DNA of 64,000 bases from assembly GCA_963750005.1 (NCBI GenBank), contig CAVVPC010000008.1, positions 8,083-72,082 on the forward strand, written 5' to 3'. This stretch comes from an uncultured Chloroflexia bacterium. GTDB lineage: Bacteria > Chloroflexota > Anaerolineae > Anaerolineales > Villigracilaceae. The notes beneath the pieces are model-generated. The model did no database searches and was not told the DNA's origin. It saw nothing but the letters and a program-made list of their open reading frames with translations. Shown here piece after piece: positions 44,935-56,162 of the stretch (the first letter of the stretch is position 1; each line of letters starts with the position of its first letter). Made by a program: the position numbers and the translations under genes.

Positions 44935-45040
44935 GTGCTGATGAGGGTTGCCCCAGGCGGGATGATTGACCGTGAGTCTCACAGGTCGGATGGAGACCCT
45001 CGGTCCAGCTTTCGGCTCGGTCGCAGACCTTCGCCGAGCA
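44935..45040 (+). repeat. Module-boundary palindromic element, copy 7 (right edge of the accessory region)
   Basis: gatgattgaccgtgagtctcacaggtcggatggagaccctcggtccagctttcggctcggtcgcagaccttcgccgagca. Confidence 0.75.
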
Positions 45041-45098
45041 GAGTTCGGTGCAGTGAAGGTGAGAACTCTGGATGAGCCGGTCCCAGTTATGGGTCACA

Positions 45099-45921
45099 TT
45101 ATCCCATGGCGAGCGTCACCATCGATCGGAATGCGCTGTACGCCACGATCATCTCTGGTGCGGTAAAGGAGACACGGGTGCCTTCCCGTTCGGTGAATGG
45201 GATCAGGGCCGCCCGGTCCGCCATGTCGGACGAGAAAAATTCGACTGTGACGCGTACCGGGGTTTCCAGGACGAAAGGATTGGGTACCTCATGTTCGGCC
45301 AGGCGTTCCACGGCGCGGGAGGCGGCTGCATGGATCAGCTCCTGGGTGACCTGGGGCGACAGGCATTCGGCAGCGAAACGTCCGCTGGCCTGTTTGACGA
45401 TGGCCGTTTCGAGATTGCCCAGCAGCTCGCTCATCTGTCTGCAGGCCGTCTGGTCGCCGGAGGCCATGATGACCGGGGACCCCGAAATGTCCGGCGACTG
45501 CCGCATTCAATCCATATTCGCCCGTTAAAAGTTCGTTCAGCCAGACGTTGGCCACTGTCCGGGAGGACCAGGTGTGGTCGAGGATGGCGTTCTCCGAGCC
45601 GTTGCGGGCGTGGTAACCGACGAAGAAGACGGCCTCCACACTTTCGTCGATGCCCTGCATCATCGAGAATGGGGAAGGGGAGCCGCTATTGAGGCGGGCG
45701 CGCCGGTCCAGCTCCTCGATTAGGATGTTCGAGCCGTGCGAGTGTCCATCCGCCACGATGACCTCCGTGGCGCCTGCATCAAAGGCCCCGCGGATGGCCG
45801 CATTGACATCCTCAGTCATGAGCTTCCGGAAGCGAAGGTACTCGGCATGCTTGGTATCCACCTGGTCCCAGGTGGTCACACCGGTGATGCCTTCCATGTC
45901 TGTAGCGATCAGGATTTTCAT
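45099..45921 (-). CDS. dppA: M55 family D-aminopeptidase (one frameshift)
   Basis: MKILIATDMEGITGV, VADGH, FVGYHA, HT, GEYGLN, SGD. Confidence 0.9.
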
Positions 45922-45968
45922 GAGTTCTCCTCTGTGGAGTCAAGCGGCGCCGCTCCCGGACTTCCAAA

Positions 45969-46883
45969 TTATGATTTTGCCAGCCTTTTTTCAACCAGGT
46001 TCCCGATAATGGGATAATGGTAATCGTCCCCCTTAAGCACGCGGTATCCCGCCCACTGGCCAAGGATATGGAAGAGTGGGATTGCCAGAATGATGACCGC
46101 TGCGATGAGAAGCGATCCGAAAAATACGATGATGGAGAAAATACCGCCAGGAGCAGTCCGCGCTTGCCCTCTCGAGAGCATCATGACCGCGAATATCACA
46201 ACAAGTCCCGAAAAGTACAGGCCGCCTGCGCCCAGAAAGAGGAGATTGACAACCGCCTGATACACTGTGGTTTGAATGGATTGGAATTTCAAAAAGGCGC
46301 TGCGTTTGCCCTGCAGTACCCAGGTGGTGACCGGCGCAATCAGGCCCCAGATCGCGATGATGACGCTGAAATGCCCCATGGACGCAACCCAGCGTTCCTC
46401 GTGCGCTTGCTTCAGTGAAGCAGCCTCCCCTGTTTCATCAGAAGATCCGTACCCCAAATATCTGGCCAGCCGCCTCCCCAGGATCGGATAACGAAAATCC
46501 TTGCCGAGGCCGCAGGCGATTGCGGCGATGACCGGAAGCAGCAGATAAACGGCGATCAGGCCAAGGAAGAAAAAGACAAATACTCCCGACCAGAGTATAT
46601 TCACTGTCCCACTGGAAGATCCGTTCTTTTCTCCGAAGAAGGATACGATGACAAGCACGAAAAGACACAGGATGATCAGCAGAATGTACGTCAACAGCCA
46701 GATCGTATATCCCAGCGACTGGTAGCCCAAGGCCTGCAGGCATTGGAAGGAGGCATACTTCGACTTGCTCCGCTGCTCCGACCAGCCAATGATGGGGAGC
46801 ATAATGCCCATGCCAAAGGCAAGTGCGGAAAGATGCGAAAAGACGGCCCAGATGCGTTCTTCAGTGGTGGGGGATGGATTCAT
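45969..46883 (-). CDS. Membrane protein with tandem DUF4870-like domains
   Basis: EERIWAVFSHLS..QALGYQ..DFRYPILG repeated as EERWVASMGHFS..QTTVYQ..DYHYPIIG. Confidence 0.8.
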   Translation of the reverse strand: MNPSPTTEERIWAVFSHLSALAFGMGIMLPIIGWSEQRSKSKYASFQCLQALGYQSLGYTIWLLTYILLIILCLFVLVIVSFFGEKNGSSSGTVNILWSGVFVFFFLGLIAVYLLLPVIAAIACGLGKDFRYPILGRRLARYLGYGSSDETGEAASLKQAHEERWVASMGHFSVIIAIWGLIAPVTTWVLQGKRSAFLKFQSIQTTVYQAVVNLLFLGAGGLYFSGLVVIFAVMMLSRGQARTAPGGIFSIIVFFGSLLIAAVIILAIPLFHILGQWAGYRVLKGDDYHYPIIGNLVEKRLAKS

Positions 46884-46999
46884 AGTTGATTGCCATGCAG
46901 CCTGCCAGATGCTACTGATGCTACTACTGGCAGGCTTCGTTTATTTTATCAGAGTGAAATATAACGTATAATCCCCAAAGATCACCAACCGGAGGACGA

Positions 47000-48169
47000 A
47001 TGTCTGATCTTGCCATGTTTTCCCTGAGCGAAGAGCATAAGATGATCCGTGATGCGGCGCGTGACTTTGCCCAAAAGGAGATCGTTCCGATTGCGGCGGA
47101 GTTCGATGAGAGCGGAGAATTTCCGCATGCCACGATCAAAAAGATGGGCGGGATGGGCTTCATGGGGATCGAGGTCCCCGAGGAATACGGCGGGGCAGGT
47201 ATGGATACGCTCTCCTATGTCCTGGCGCTGGAGGAGATCTGCAAGGCGGATGCATCCCACGGTGTGATCATGTCGGTCAACAATTCCCTGTACTGCCACG
47301 GCATCATGAAGTTTGGGACGGAGGCGCAGAAGCGGAAGTTTGTCACGCCGGTCGCCTCAGGACAGGCGGTGGGCGCCTACTCGCTGACGGAGCCTCAAAG
47401 CGGTTCAGACGCCGGGACAATGCGCAGCCGCGCCACGCGCGAGGGCGACTCGTACGTGTTGAACGGCCGCAAATCCTGGGTGACGAGCGGTCCCGTGGCC
47501 GATTTTTATGTAGTATTCATGGTGACAGCGCCTGAAAAGAAACAAAAAGGGGTCAGCGCATTTTTAGTGGAGGCGGGTACACCGGGCCTGACGCGCGGCA
47601 GGAAGGAGCCCAAGCTGGGCATCCGCGCCTCGGCGACCAGTGAGCTGATCTTTGAGAACTGCAGAATTCCCGCCGAGAGTTTGCTGGGCAAGGAGGGCGA
47701 AGGCTTCAAGATCGCCATGACCGTGCTGGACGCCGGCCGCATCGGGATCGCCACCCAGGCGCTCGGGATCGCTGAGGCAGCCTACGAAGCCGCGCGCCGG
47801 TACGCAGTCGAGCGGGAGGCGTTCGGCCAGCCGATCGGTGCCTTCCAGGGGACGGGATTCAAGATCGCCGACATGAAGACCCGCATCGAAGCTTCCCGCC
47901 TGTTGATCTATAACGCGGCCATGGCCAAGGAAAAATCCAAAAAGGGTGGCAGCCGGTACTCGTTGGAAGCTTCCATGGCCAAGCTATTCGCCTCGGAAAC
48001 TGCAATGTATGTGACACACCAGGCAGTCCAAATCCATGGTGGAATGGGGTATAGCAAGGAGCTGCCCGTGGAGCGGTATTTCCGTGATGCGAAGATCACC
48101 GAAATTTATGAAGGGACCAGCGAAATTCAAAGGCTTGTAATTTCGAGGAGTGAGCTGGGATTGAAGTAA
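47000..48169 (+). CDS. Acyl-CoA dehydrogenase (short/branched-chain type)
   Basis: YSLTEPQSGSDA, KLGIRAS, GRIGIATQALG, QIHGGMGY, IYEGTSEIQR. Confidence 0.95.
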   Translation: MSDLAMFSLSEEHKMIRDAARDFAQKEIVPIAAEFDESGEFPHATIKKMGGMGFMGIEVPEEYGGAGMDTLSYVLALEEICKADASHGVIMSVNNSLYCHGIMKFGTEAQKRKFVTPVASGQAVGAYSLTEPQSGSDAGTMRSRATREGDSYVLNGRKSWVTSGPVADFYVVFMVTAPEKKQKGVSAFLVEAGTPGLTRGRKEPKLGIRASATSELIFENCRIPAESLLGKEGEGFKIAMTVLDAGRIGIATQALGIAEAAYEAARRYAVEREAFGQPIGAFQGTGFKIADMKTRIEASRLLIYNAAMAKEKSKKGGSRYSLEASMAKLFASETAMYVTHQAVQIHGGMGYSKELPVERYFRDAKITEIYEGTSEIQRLVISRSELGLK

Positions 48170-48239
48170 TCACGCTTTCAGACAGTGTTCCAAAACCGGC
48201 AAACTGATCTCGTGAAGTCGAAAGGCAATACCAAAAAGT

Positions 48240-50783
48240 ATGACAATGAAGGAAACATCGCAAAGCAAAGAGATGGGTGAGCCTGACCGACAGCAAGTCA
48301 CTGTCTTCGTCCAGCCGGGGACAAAGGTGAAAATTTCTGTCGAGGTGGGGGAAACGAATGCACAAGGGAAAGTTCCACTCACGGTTCATATCGACCCGGT
48401 GGCGGAAGAGGTGGTCAACGATGGGGGTCAATTTATCGAAACAACGCAACCAGCAGCCGGACAGGTGCATGATCCCCGTAGTACAACTGGCAGGTTGAGA
48501 CCAGCATACGAGGCGGTGAAAAATCATCTGGAAACCCGCAATCTTGCAACATGGCTCTTCATTTTCGCCATCGCAATTTATCTGATCACGCGCCTGACTG
48601 GTCTGACACACTTCCCCATATATTTCTTTACCGATGAAGCCATCCAATCCCAATCGATGCTTGACCTGATCAAGAACGGATATCGGGATTCGATCGGCGG
48701 GTGGTTCCCTGCCTATTTCAGGAATGGTGAGTATTACAACCTGAGTTTAAGCGTATATCTCCAGTGGCTGCCGGCCCTTCTTTTTGGAAAATCAGCTGTT
48801 GTGACGCGGGCCACGTCCGTCTTTGTGACTCTGATCGCGGCGGTCTCGACAGGGATCATTCTGCGCGAAGTGTTTAAATTGAAATACTGGTGGGCTGGCA
48901 TTTTGTTTCTCTCCATCACACCCGCCTGGTTCCTGCATTCGCGAACGGCATTCGAGACGGCGGAATTTGTTGCTTTTTATGCGGGTATGTTATGTGCCTA
49001 TTTACTGTATAGATATAGATCAGCCCGCTTTTTCTATCTTGCAATTTTTCTGGGTGCGCTTTCCTTCTATACATACAGTCCGGGACAATTCATCGTACCG
49101 CTGACTGCACTGGGATTGCTCATCTCGGACTGGCGCTATCATTGGGAGAACCGCCGGACAGTGCTGATTGGACTGGGTCTGATTCTTGTCCTGGCCCTGC
49201 CCTACATTCGCTACAATATTAATAACCGCAATGTTCCTTTTGCCCATCTGCACACTCTCTATTCATACTGGTTTGAAAACATACCGGTCTTTGAGAAGAT
49301 TAAACGATACTTCACAGAGTTTGGCTTTGGTCTCAGCCCCTGGTATTGGTACGTGCCAAATGACCGCGACCTTTCCCGTCACCTGATGAAAGGCTACGGG
49401 AACATTATGATCGTCACTTTGCCATTTGCACTGATCGGCATGACCTATATTTTGCGTAATCTTCGAGAATCAGCCTGCCGGGCAATTCTGATTTCCTTAT
49501 TGGTTTCTCCGGTCGCAGGGGCGCTTGTGCAGATCAGTATTACTCGAGTGTTGATATTTGTCATCCCTGTCGCAATCCTGACTACGATTGGACTCGAACA
49601 ATTTCTGATATGGATTGAAGAACCGGCGAAACGCATTGCCGAAGGCAGTCAGGGTCCAGGGTTTTCTTCGAGACGGATTGCAGCAGCCCTGCTCATTCTC
49701 CTGATCGGTATTCCCCTTGCTTTCATTTCCCAAAAAACTGTCAACCAGGTTGCTCTATCTGCTCTAGTGATCCTGCTTGCCTTGCAGGTCTCCGGTGTCT
49801 TTGAATGGTTGGCCCAGTCCTTCCAGCATAGCGATATTTCCAGAAGGTTGAAATTTTGGAAAATCCCACAGGCGATCCTGGCATTTCTGGCTTTTATGAT
49901 CCTGGCCGGTGCGAACGTATATATGTTGAATGATGCCCTGCGCAATGGTCCCCTTTGGTACCGGGACTATGGCCTGGGCGGAATGCAGTATGGGGCCTTC
50001 CAGATATTCGATATCGTCAAGCAGTATGTTGAACAACATCCAGATGCAAGGATCATCCTATCCCCGGACTGGGCAAACGGCGCAGATGTGGTGGCGCGGT
50101 TCTTCCTGGGCGATTCCTCGTCCATTCAAATCGGAAGTGTCCGGGGGCATATCACCCAAAAGCTGCCTCTGGATGATGAAACGTTGTTCATCATGACGCC
50201 GCAGGAATATGCGATTGTGAAGAGCAGTGACAAGCTCACCGGCATCCGTGTGGAGGAAGTCATTCCCTACCCCGATGGCAAGCCCGGTTTCTATTTCATC
50301 CATCTGCGCTATGTGGATAACATCGATAATATCTTCGCGGCGGAGAAAGCGGCACGCTCTGCTTTAAGGGAAACTGTTGTGAAAATTGATGGACAGGATG
50401 TGAAAGTCCGCTATTCCTACCTGGATACCGATTTTCAAGCTGAATCGATGGCACTGGTTTTCGATAACGATCCTTACACTGTGGCAAAAACCTTTGAAAG
50501 CAATCCATTTGTTATCGAAATGAGCTTCCCTGCAGCCCGTACCCTGAATGGATTTTCGATCATCATTGGTTCGGCAAAAGTGCAGATCACGTTAAAGTGC
50601 TATCCCACCCCGGGCGGGCAGCCTGTGATTTACACATTTGAGGGGCAGGGTACAAGAAACCAGCCGGAGCTGTCCTTCGATCTCCCCAAGCCAGCTCAGA
50701 TACAGGTCTTGCAGATGGAAGTGCTTGACCCGCTCTCTCCTGAACAGGCAAAAGTCCATATTTGGGAACTTCACCTGCGCTGA
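48240..50783 (+). CDS. GT-C fold (ArnT/GT39-like) membrane glycosyltransferase
   Basis: RLTGLTHFPIYFFTDEA, PAWFLHSRTAFE, LSFYTY; many TM segments. Confidence 0.78.
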   Translation: MTMKETSQSKEMGEPDRQQVTVFVQPGTKVKISVEVGETNAQGKVPLTVHIDPVAEEVVNDGGQFIETTQPAAGQVHDPRSTTGRLRPAYEAVKNHLETRNLATWLFIFAIAIYLITRLTGLTHFPIYFFTDEAIQSQSMLDLIKNGYRDSIGGWFPAYFRNGEYYNLSLSVYLQWLPALLFGKSAVVTRATSVFVTLIAAVSTGIILREVFKLKYWWAGILFLSITPAWFLHSRTAFETAEFVAFYAGMLCAYLLYRYRSARFFYLAIFLGALSFYTYSPGQFIVPLTALGLLISDWRYHWENRRTVLIGLGLILVLALPYIRYNINNRNVPFAHLHTLYSYWFENIPVFEKIKRYFTEFGFGLSPWYWYVPNDRDLSRHLMKGYGNIMIVTLPFALIGMTYILRNLRESACRAILISLLVSPVAGALVQISITRVLIFVIPVAILTTIGLEQFLIWIEEPAKRIAEGSQGPGFSSRRIAAALLILLIGIPLAFISQKTVNQVALSALVILLALQVSGVFEWLAQSFQHSDISRRLKFWKIPQAILAFLAFMILAGANVYMLNDALRNGPLWYRDYGLGGMQYGAFQIFDIVKQYVEQHPDARIILSPDWANGADVVARFFLGDSSSIQIGSVRGHITQKLPLDDETLFIMTPQEYAIVKSSDKLTGIRVEEVIPYPDGKPGFYFIHLRYVDNIDNIFAAEKAARSALRETVVKIDGQDVKVRYSYLDTDFQAESMALVFDNDPYTVAKTFESNPFVIEMSFPAARTLNGFSIIIGSAKVQITLKCYPTPGGQPVIYTFEGQGTRNQPELSFDLPKPAQIQVLQMEVLDPLSPEQAKVHIWELHLR

Positions 50784-50966
50784 CGGCACATTAATCTGCA
50801 CACCAGATCTTCCACCGTTTGTCAGATTCGTCTTACGTGGAATGCTCATATCCGGGTGAGACGCATTGAGTACTGCTGCCACAGCAGTTCGGAGGGAGGT
50901 TTGCATGCCGTAATCCAATATTGCGCAGAGAAGCGGAATCTCCCCTAATAAGTTAGAATCATCTCC

Positions 50967-52017
50967 ATGAAAGCTGTTCTTTTTCGCCAGCACGGCGGAC
51001 CTGAAGTGTTGGAGTATACAAATTTTCCCGCGCCTGATCCGAAGCCGGGCGAAGTTCTGGTCCGCTTGCGGGCCGCGGCGCTCAACCGCATGGATGTGAT
51101 GGTCCGCAATGGATGGCCCGGTCTCAAGCTGGAGCTGCCGCACATCAACGGCGCGGATGGCGCTGGGGAGGTCGCTGCCATTAATTCGCCAGACCCAGTG
51201 GGAGATGGGACAGGGCTCAGGGTGGGGGACCGGGTTGTCATCAATCCCAATCTTGGGATGCGGGCAATGCGAATTTTGTATGGCGGGCAGGGATAACCTC
51301 TGCGTCAACTGGCATTTGCTGGGTGAAACGGTACGGGGAACCTACGCACAATATGTGACGGTCCCCGCCCGGCAACTATATAAACTCCCGGCAGAGTTCG
51401 ATTTTCACCAGGCTGCCGCGGCCGCACTTGTCTACCAAACCGCCTGGCATTCCCTCAAGGTGCGTGGCAGCCTGCAGCAGAATGAAACAGTCCTGATCGT
51501 GGGAGCAGGAGGCGGGGTCAATACTGCCAGCCTGCAGATCGCCAAATATATGGGTGCCAGGGTCCTGGTGGTCGGGTCGAATGCGGATAAACTGGAGCGG
51601 GCAAGCGCTCTCGGCGCGGATATCCTGATCGATCGCTCTCAGGAGGCGGACTGGTCAAAGTCCGTTTTTCTTGCCACAGACAAACGAGGCGTGGACGTGG
51701 TGGTGGATAATGTCGGCACCACATTTATGCAGAGCCTGCGCGCCCTGCGGAAGGGTGGACGTCTGCTCACCGTGGGGAACAGCGCTGGTCCCAGGTTCGA
51801 GATCGATAATCGTTATATCTTCGCCAAACACCTGAGCATCATCGGCTCGACCATGAGCACGCTTGCCGAATTCAAGGAAGTCATGGATCTGATCGTGAGG
51901 GGAAAGCTCAAGCCTGTCCTTGATAAAACTTATCCTCTAAAAGATGCCGCGGCCGCACAGGAACGGTTGTGGAGGAATGAAAATTTCGGAAAGATCACAT
52001 TGGAAATCCCATCATGA
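50967..52017 (+). CDS. Zinc-binding alcohol dehydrogenase / MDR family oxidoreductase (one frameshift)
   Basis: HGGPEVLEY, GADGAGEV, CGQCEFC..C, GAGGGVN, FGKITL. Confidence 0.9.
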
Positions 52018-54069
52018 AACGTCTTGACTGGTTTGAAATTCTCCTGATCGTTGTTGTCCTGTTTGTCAGCCTGTATGCAGCCTTCGCGGATGGACAGAAC
52101 TTTTCCTGGCGCTGGTTTACACGTGATGACGCCTATTACTATTTCAAAGTGGCCCAAAATATCAGTGAGGGACATGGCAGCACCTTTGACGGGATCAACA
52201 AAACAAATGGCTATCATCCGCTTTGGATGCTGATCTGCATCCCGATTTTCGCCCTCGCCCGATTTGACCTGGTCCTTCCGCTGCGGCTCCTGTTCCTGGT
52301 GATGAGCGGGCTCTCTGTCGCAACCGGGATTTTGCTTTACAGGCTGATCGGCAGGGTATTTGCCCCCGCCGTTGGCGCGTTCGCCGCACTATACTGGGTG
52401 TTCAGTGAGACTGTTTTGACCCGGATGTACAAACAGGGCCTCGAGACGGGAATTGCTGCTTTCCTGATAGTCCTCCTGGTTTACAGGCTGTCTGATTTTG
52501 AAAGGTCCTGGCGCGGCAGACCCGTTACTAAAAAGGATTTAATCCTTCTGGGTGCGATCAGTGCTCTGGTGATCTTCGGTCGATTGGATCTTATTTTCCT
52601 GGTGGCCTTTACCGGTTTGTGGGTGGTGTTCAGGAACAGTCCGATCCGGTATCTTATGCCGCTCGATATAATATCTTTTGCCTTCTCCGTTTTGCTGGCA
52701 TTTGTAATCAAGACCGGTATGCCTGAGTATTACGCACTGGAAACTGTGGCGGTAACCACCCTGGCTGTGAGTCTGCTGATAAAGATTCCGCTGGCCTACC
52801 TGTTCGGATCTATACCTGCGTGAAAGGATCACACGGATCAGTACCCTGATCCTGACAGTGTCCCTGTTCACCGTTACAAGTTCAGCAATCCTTGGGATTG
52901 TCATGGTGGTGTTGTCCAGGCGATTATCCTTCGTCAGTTTTCCGAGGATCACCCTGGTATACGATGCCATTGCCACATTTGTCCTTGTGCTGCTGATCAG
53001 GCTTTTGGTCAATGGTTTGAAGGCTATAGACTCGCCTTCAGAGAAAGAATCACCCATTCCATACTTTGCCAGGAACTGGAAGCAATGGCTGGCCGATGGA
53101 ATTGTATATTTCGCGGTCTCATTCGGACCGCTGGTGATCTACATGTTCTGGAGCAAGTTCGCTTTTGGCACGACTTCCCCCGTCAGCGGACAGATCAAAA
53201 GCTGGTGGGGGTCTCTTTCCGGACGGGTCTACGGTGGCTCCGCAAGGACCTTCGAGGATTTTTTCGGGATCGGATATTCGGGTGATGCGAACGCCTGGCA
53301 CCCGGTTTCTACCCAGCTTGGATTCCTGGCGGAGCGCTGGCGGGGTACCTACATGCAGGATGTGTGGCGCTACGCCATTCTCCTTGTCGTATTTGCACTG
53401 GTTTTTTACGGCCTGATGTTCATCAATAAAAACAAGGCCAGGACGGCCCTTGCCCGCTTGAGCATCATTCCCCTGTTGTGCGGGGGGATGTTCCAGGTTT
53501 TTTACTATCACATGCTGGGCTATTCGGCCTACAAGGAATGGTACTGGGTGGTCCAACTGGTTCTGATCGTCCTTGTAGTCAGCCTGATGATCGGCATGCT
53601 CTATACTGCTTTCCGCAGGTGGCGACTGGTCCGAAGTGTGGCCTGGGGACTTGTGGCTGTCTATGGCCTGTATCTGGGTACAATGTATTGGTCATACCTG
53701 CAGAGTAATATGACCCATGGAGAATGGGCTGCGGATGCGCCCTACATGGATATTTCCGCCTTTCTGGAGCAGCATACCGAGCCGGGCAGCATCATCGGCA
53801 TGACCGGCGGTGGAAATGCAGCTTACTTTATCCGGGACCGTACCATCGTTAATATGGATGGGTTAATCAATAGCTACCAATATTTCCAGCTGTTAAAGGA
53901 AAAAGAGGCAGGGAAATACCTGGCCGACATGGGGATGGACTACGTTCTGGCCAATATCGGGATCCTCAACAGTCTGCCTTACCGTGGACAATACCAGCAA
54001 TACCTGCAGCCGACAGGGTTGCGCTACGGCGGAAAGGAACTGTCCCGTTATTATGCATCCCAGCCGTGA
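52014..54069 (+). CDS. Polytopic membrane protein, GT-C-like (frameshift ~52820)
   Basis: DDAYYYFKVAQNI..STFDG..TNGYHPLW, GLET, GRLD, VNMDGLINS. Confidence 0.7.
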
Positions 54070-54129
54070 GAAAAAACGCGTGTACACACAACTAAAATCA
54101 TATTCGACCGCGGGTAGAGATCAAATTCG

Positions 54130-54571
54130 ATGCCTCAAAAACGCCCGTTTGGTGTAACCCTGTTCCTTTGGATGGTGTTATGTCTATCAGCATGGGGCTT
54201 GCTCCGTCTCCTGGCCGCGCTGCGCTGGTGGGATGTGCTGGTCCAATTTAGCGCACGACTCAGCCCAGCTTATCTGGCCATCACGGGAGCATGGCTGGAT
54301 TGTCGCCGGAGCCGTGCTCCTGTGGAGTATCTGGACAGGGAAGCGCTGGGCGTACCTGGCGATTCCCATCGCTATTTTCATCTGGCTGGCGGAGTACTGG
54401 CTGGAACGGATCCTCTTCCAGGACCCGCGGGCAAACCTGACGTTTATGAGCGCCGTTACGATTGGAATATCAGCGCTTACTTTACTTATTACATTCAACC
54501 GAAAGACAAGGGACTTCCTATTAAAAAGCGAGGAACATGAACAATCAGACCAAGATCCAACATCTGCGTGA
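54130..54571 (+). CDS. Hypothetical membrane protein (frameshifted)
   Basis: [11 protein letters not shown] plus four hydrophobic segments across ORFs 54130 and 54233. Confidence 0.6.
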
Positions 54572-56088
54572 TCAGAAGGCAAAATCCCGCCTGGGCGGTG
54601 GACCGGAGCGTATCGACGCACAGCACAAAAAGGGACGCCTGACCGCCCGTGAGCGTATTGACATCCTGCTCGATAAAGGCTCCTTCCGCGAAATGGATGC
54701 ATTCATCCAGCACCGTACCCATGATTTCAAGCTGGACAGCCAAAAATTTATGAGCGATTCGGTTGTGACCGGCTGGGGCACGGTGGAAGGACGGCTTGTT
54801 TACGTGTTCTCCCAGGATTTCACCGTCTTTGGCGGCAGCCTCGGAGAGGTGCATGCCGAAAAGATCTGCAAGGTCATGGACATGGCCATGAAGAACGGCG
54901 CGCCGGTGATCGGTCTGAACGATTCGGGCGGAGCGCGCATCCAGGAGGGGTGGTGGCCCTGGGCGGATATGCCGATATCTTTTTGCGCAATACCACTGGC
55001 TTCCGGCGTCATCCCTCAGATCTCTGCCATCATGGGACCATGCGCCGGCGGGGCAGTCTATTCACCTGCCCTGACCGATTTTATTTTTATGACGTCGCAA
55101 TACCTCCTATATGTTTGTCACCGGACCGGATGTGGTCAAGGCAGTAACCCACGAGGAGGTATCCTTTGAAGAGTTGGGCGGCGCCAGCGTCCACTCGGAG
55201 AAGTCCGGGGTCTGTCATGTCGCCGCGGACAGCGAAGGGGATACGCTCTACCTGATCCGCAAGCTGCTCGGTTACCTGCCACAGAACAATATGGAGGACC
55301 CGCCCTTCCTGTCCATTGGGGATGACCCACTGCGCATGGATGAAGGCCTGGATACCATAATTCCCGAAGAACCTGGAAAACCATACGATATCAAGGATGT
55401 CATCCGCATGATCGTGGATGGCGGCCAGTTCTTTGAGATCCATGAGGGGTTTGCGCAGAACATCGTCGTTGGATTTGCCCGCCTCGGCGGACACTCCGTG
55501 GGCATCATCGCCAACCAGCCTGCGGTTTTGGCCGGCGTGCTGGATATCGATGCCAGCGAAAAAGGGGCCCGCTTCGTCCGCTTTTGTGATTCGTTCAATG
55601 TTCCCATCATCACGTTCGAGGATGTACCGGGCTTTTTGCCGGGCACCTACCAGGAACATCACGGCATCATCCGCGCCGGCGCAAAGTTGCTGTATGCCTA
55701 TTGTGAGGCGACCGTTCCCAAGTTGACGGTGATCACGCGCAAAGCCTATGGCGGAGCATACTGCGTGATGTCGTCCAAGCATATCCGCAGCGACCTGAAT
55801 CTTGCCTGGCCCTCGGCTGAGATCGCGGTCATGGGTCCCGACGGAGCCGTCAATATTATTTTCCGCAAGGAGCTCGAAAAGGCAAAGGACCCGGTCCAGA
55901 AAAAAGCGGAGCTGGTCGCGGAATACCGTGAGAAGTTTGCCAGTCCGTATGTGGCGGCCGAACGCGGCTATATCGACGATGTGATCGAGCCCAAGGAAAC
56001 CCGCCCGCGCTTGATCAACGCCCTCGAGATGTTGAGCAACAAACGAGATTCGAATCCCGCCAAGAAGCACGGGAATATCCCATTGTGA
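54537..56088 (+). CDS. pccB: Acyl-CoA (propionyl/methylmalonyl-CoA) carboxyltransferase subunit (frameshifted)
   Basis: [63 protein letters not shown]. Confidence 0.93.
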
Positions 56089-56162
56089 GGTTCAAGGGAC
56101 AGGGGCTAAGGGTAAGGGATCATACCGTCTGCCCCCTAACCCTTAGCCCTTATAGAGGTGCC

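Noticed and set aside
44700-44940. Possible gene remnant (..IMGKYQEKNVLLIVHNV) before boundary copy 7
   Set aside because: Too short and too interrupted to assign.
24086-45040. Repeats as a CRISPR array or classical integron attC sites
   Set aside because: Copies are kilobases apart and degenerate, with no cas or intI gene and no clear RYYYAAC/GTTRRRY ends.
56085-56152. Extended N-terminus of accC ([10 protein letters not shown]...)
   Set aside because: The region is an intergenic hairpin (ggggctaagggt..acccttagcccct). The real start is ATG 56163 after the RBS gaggtg.
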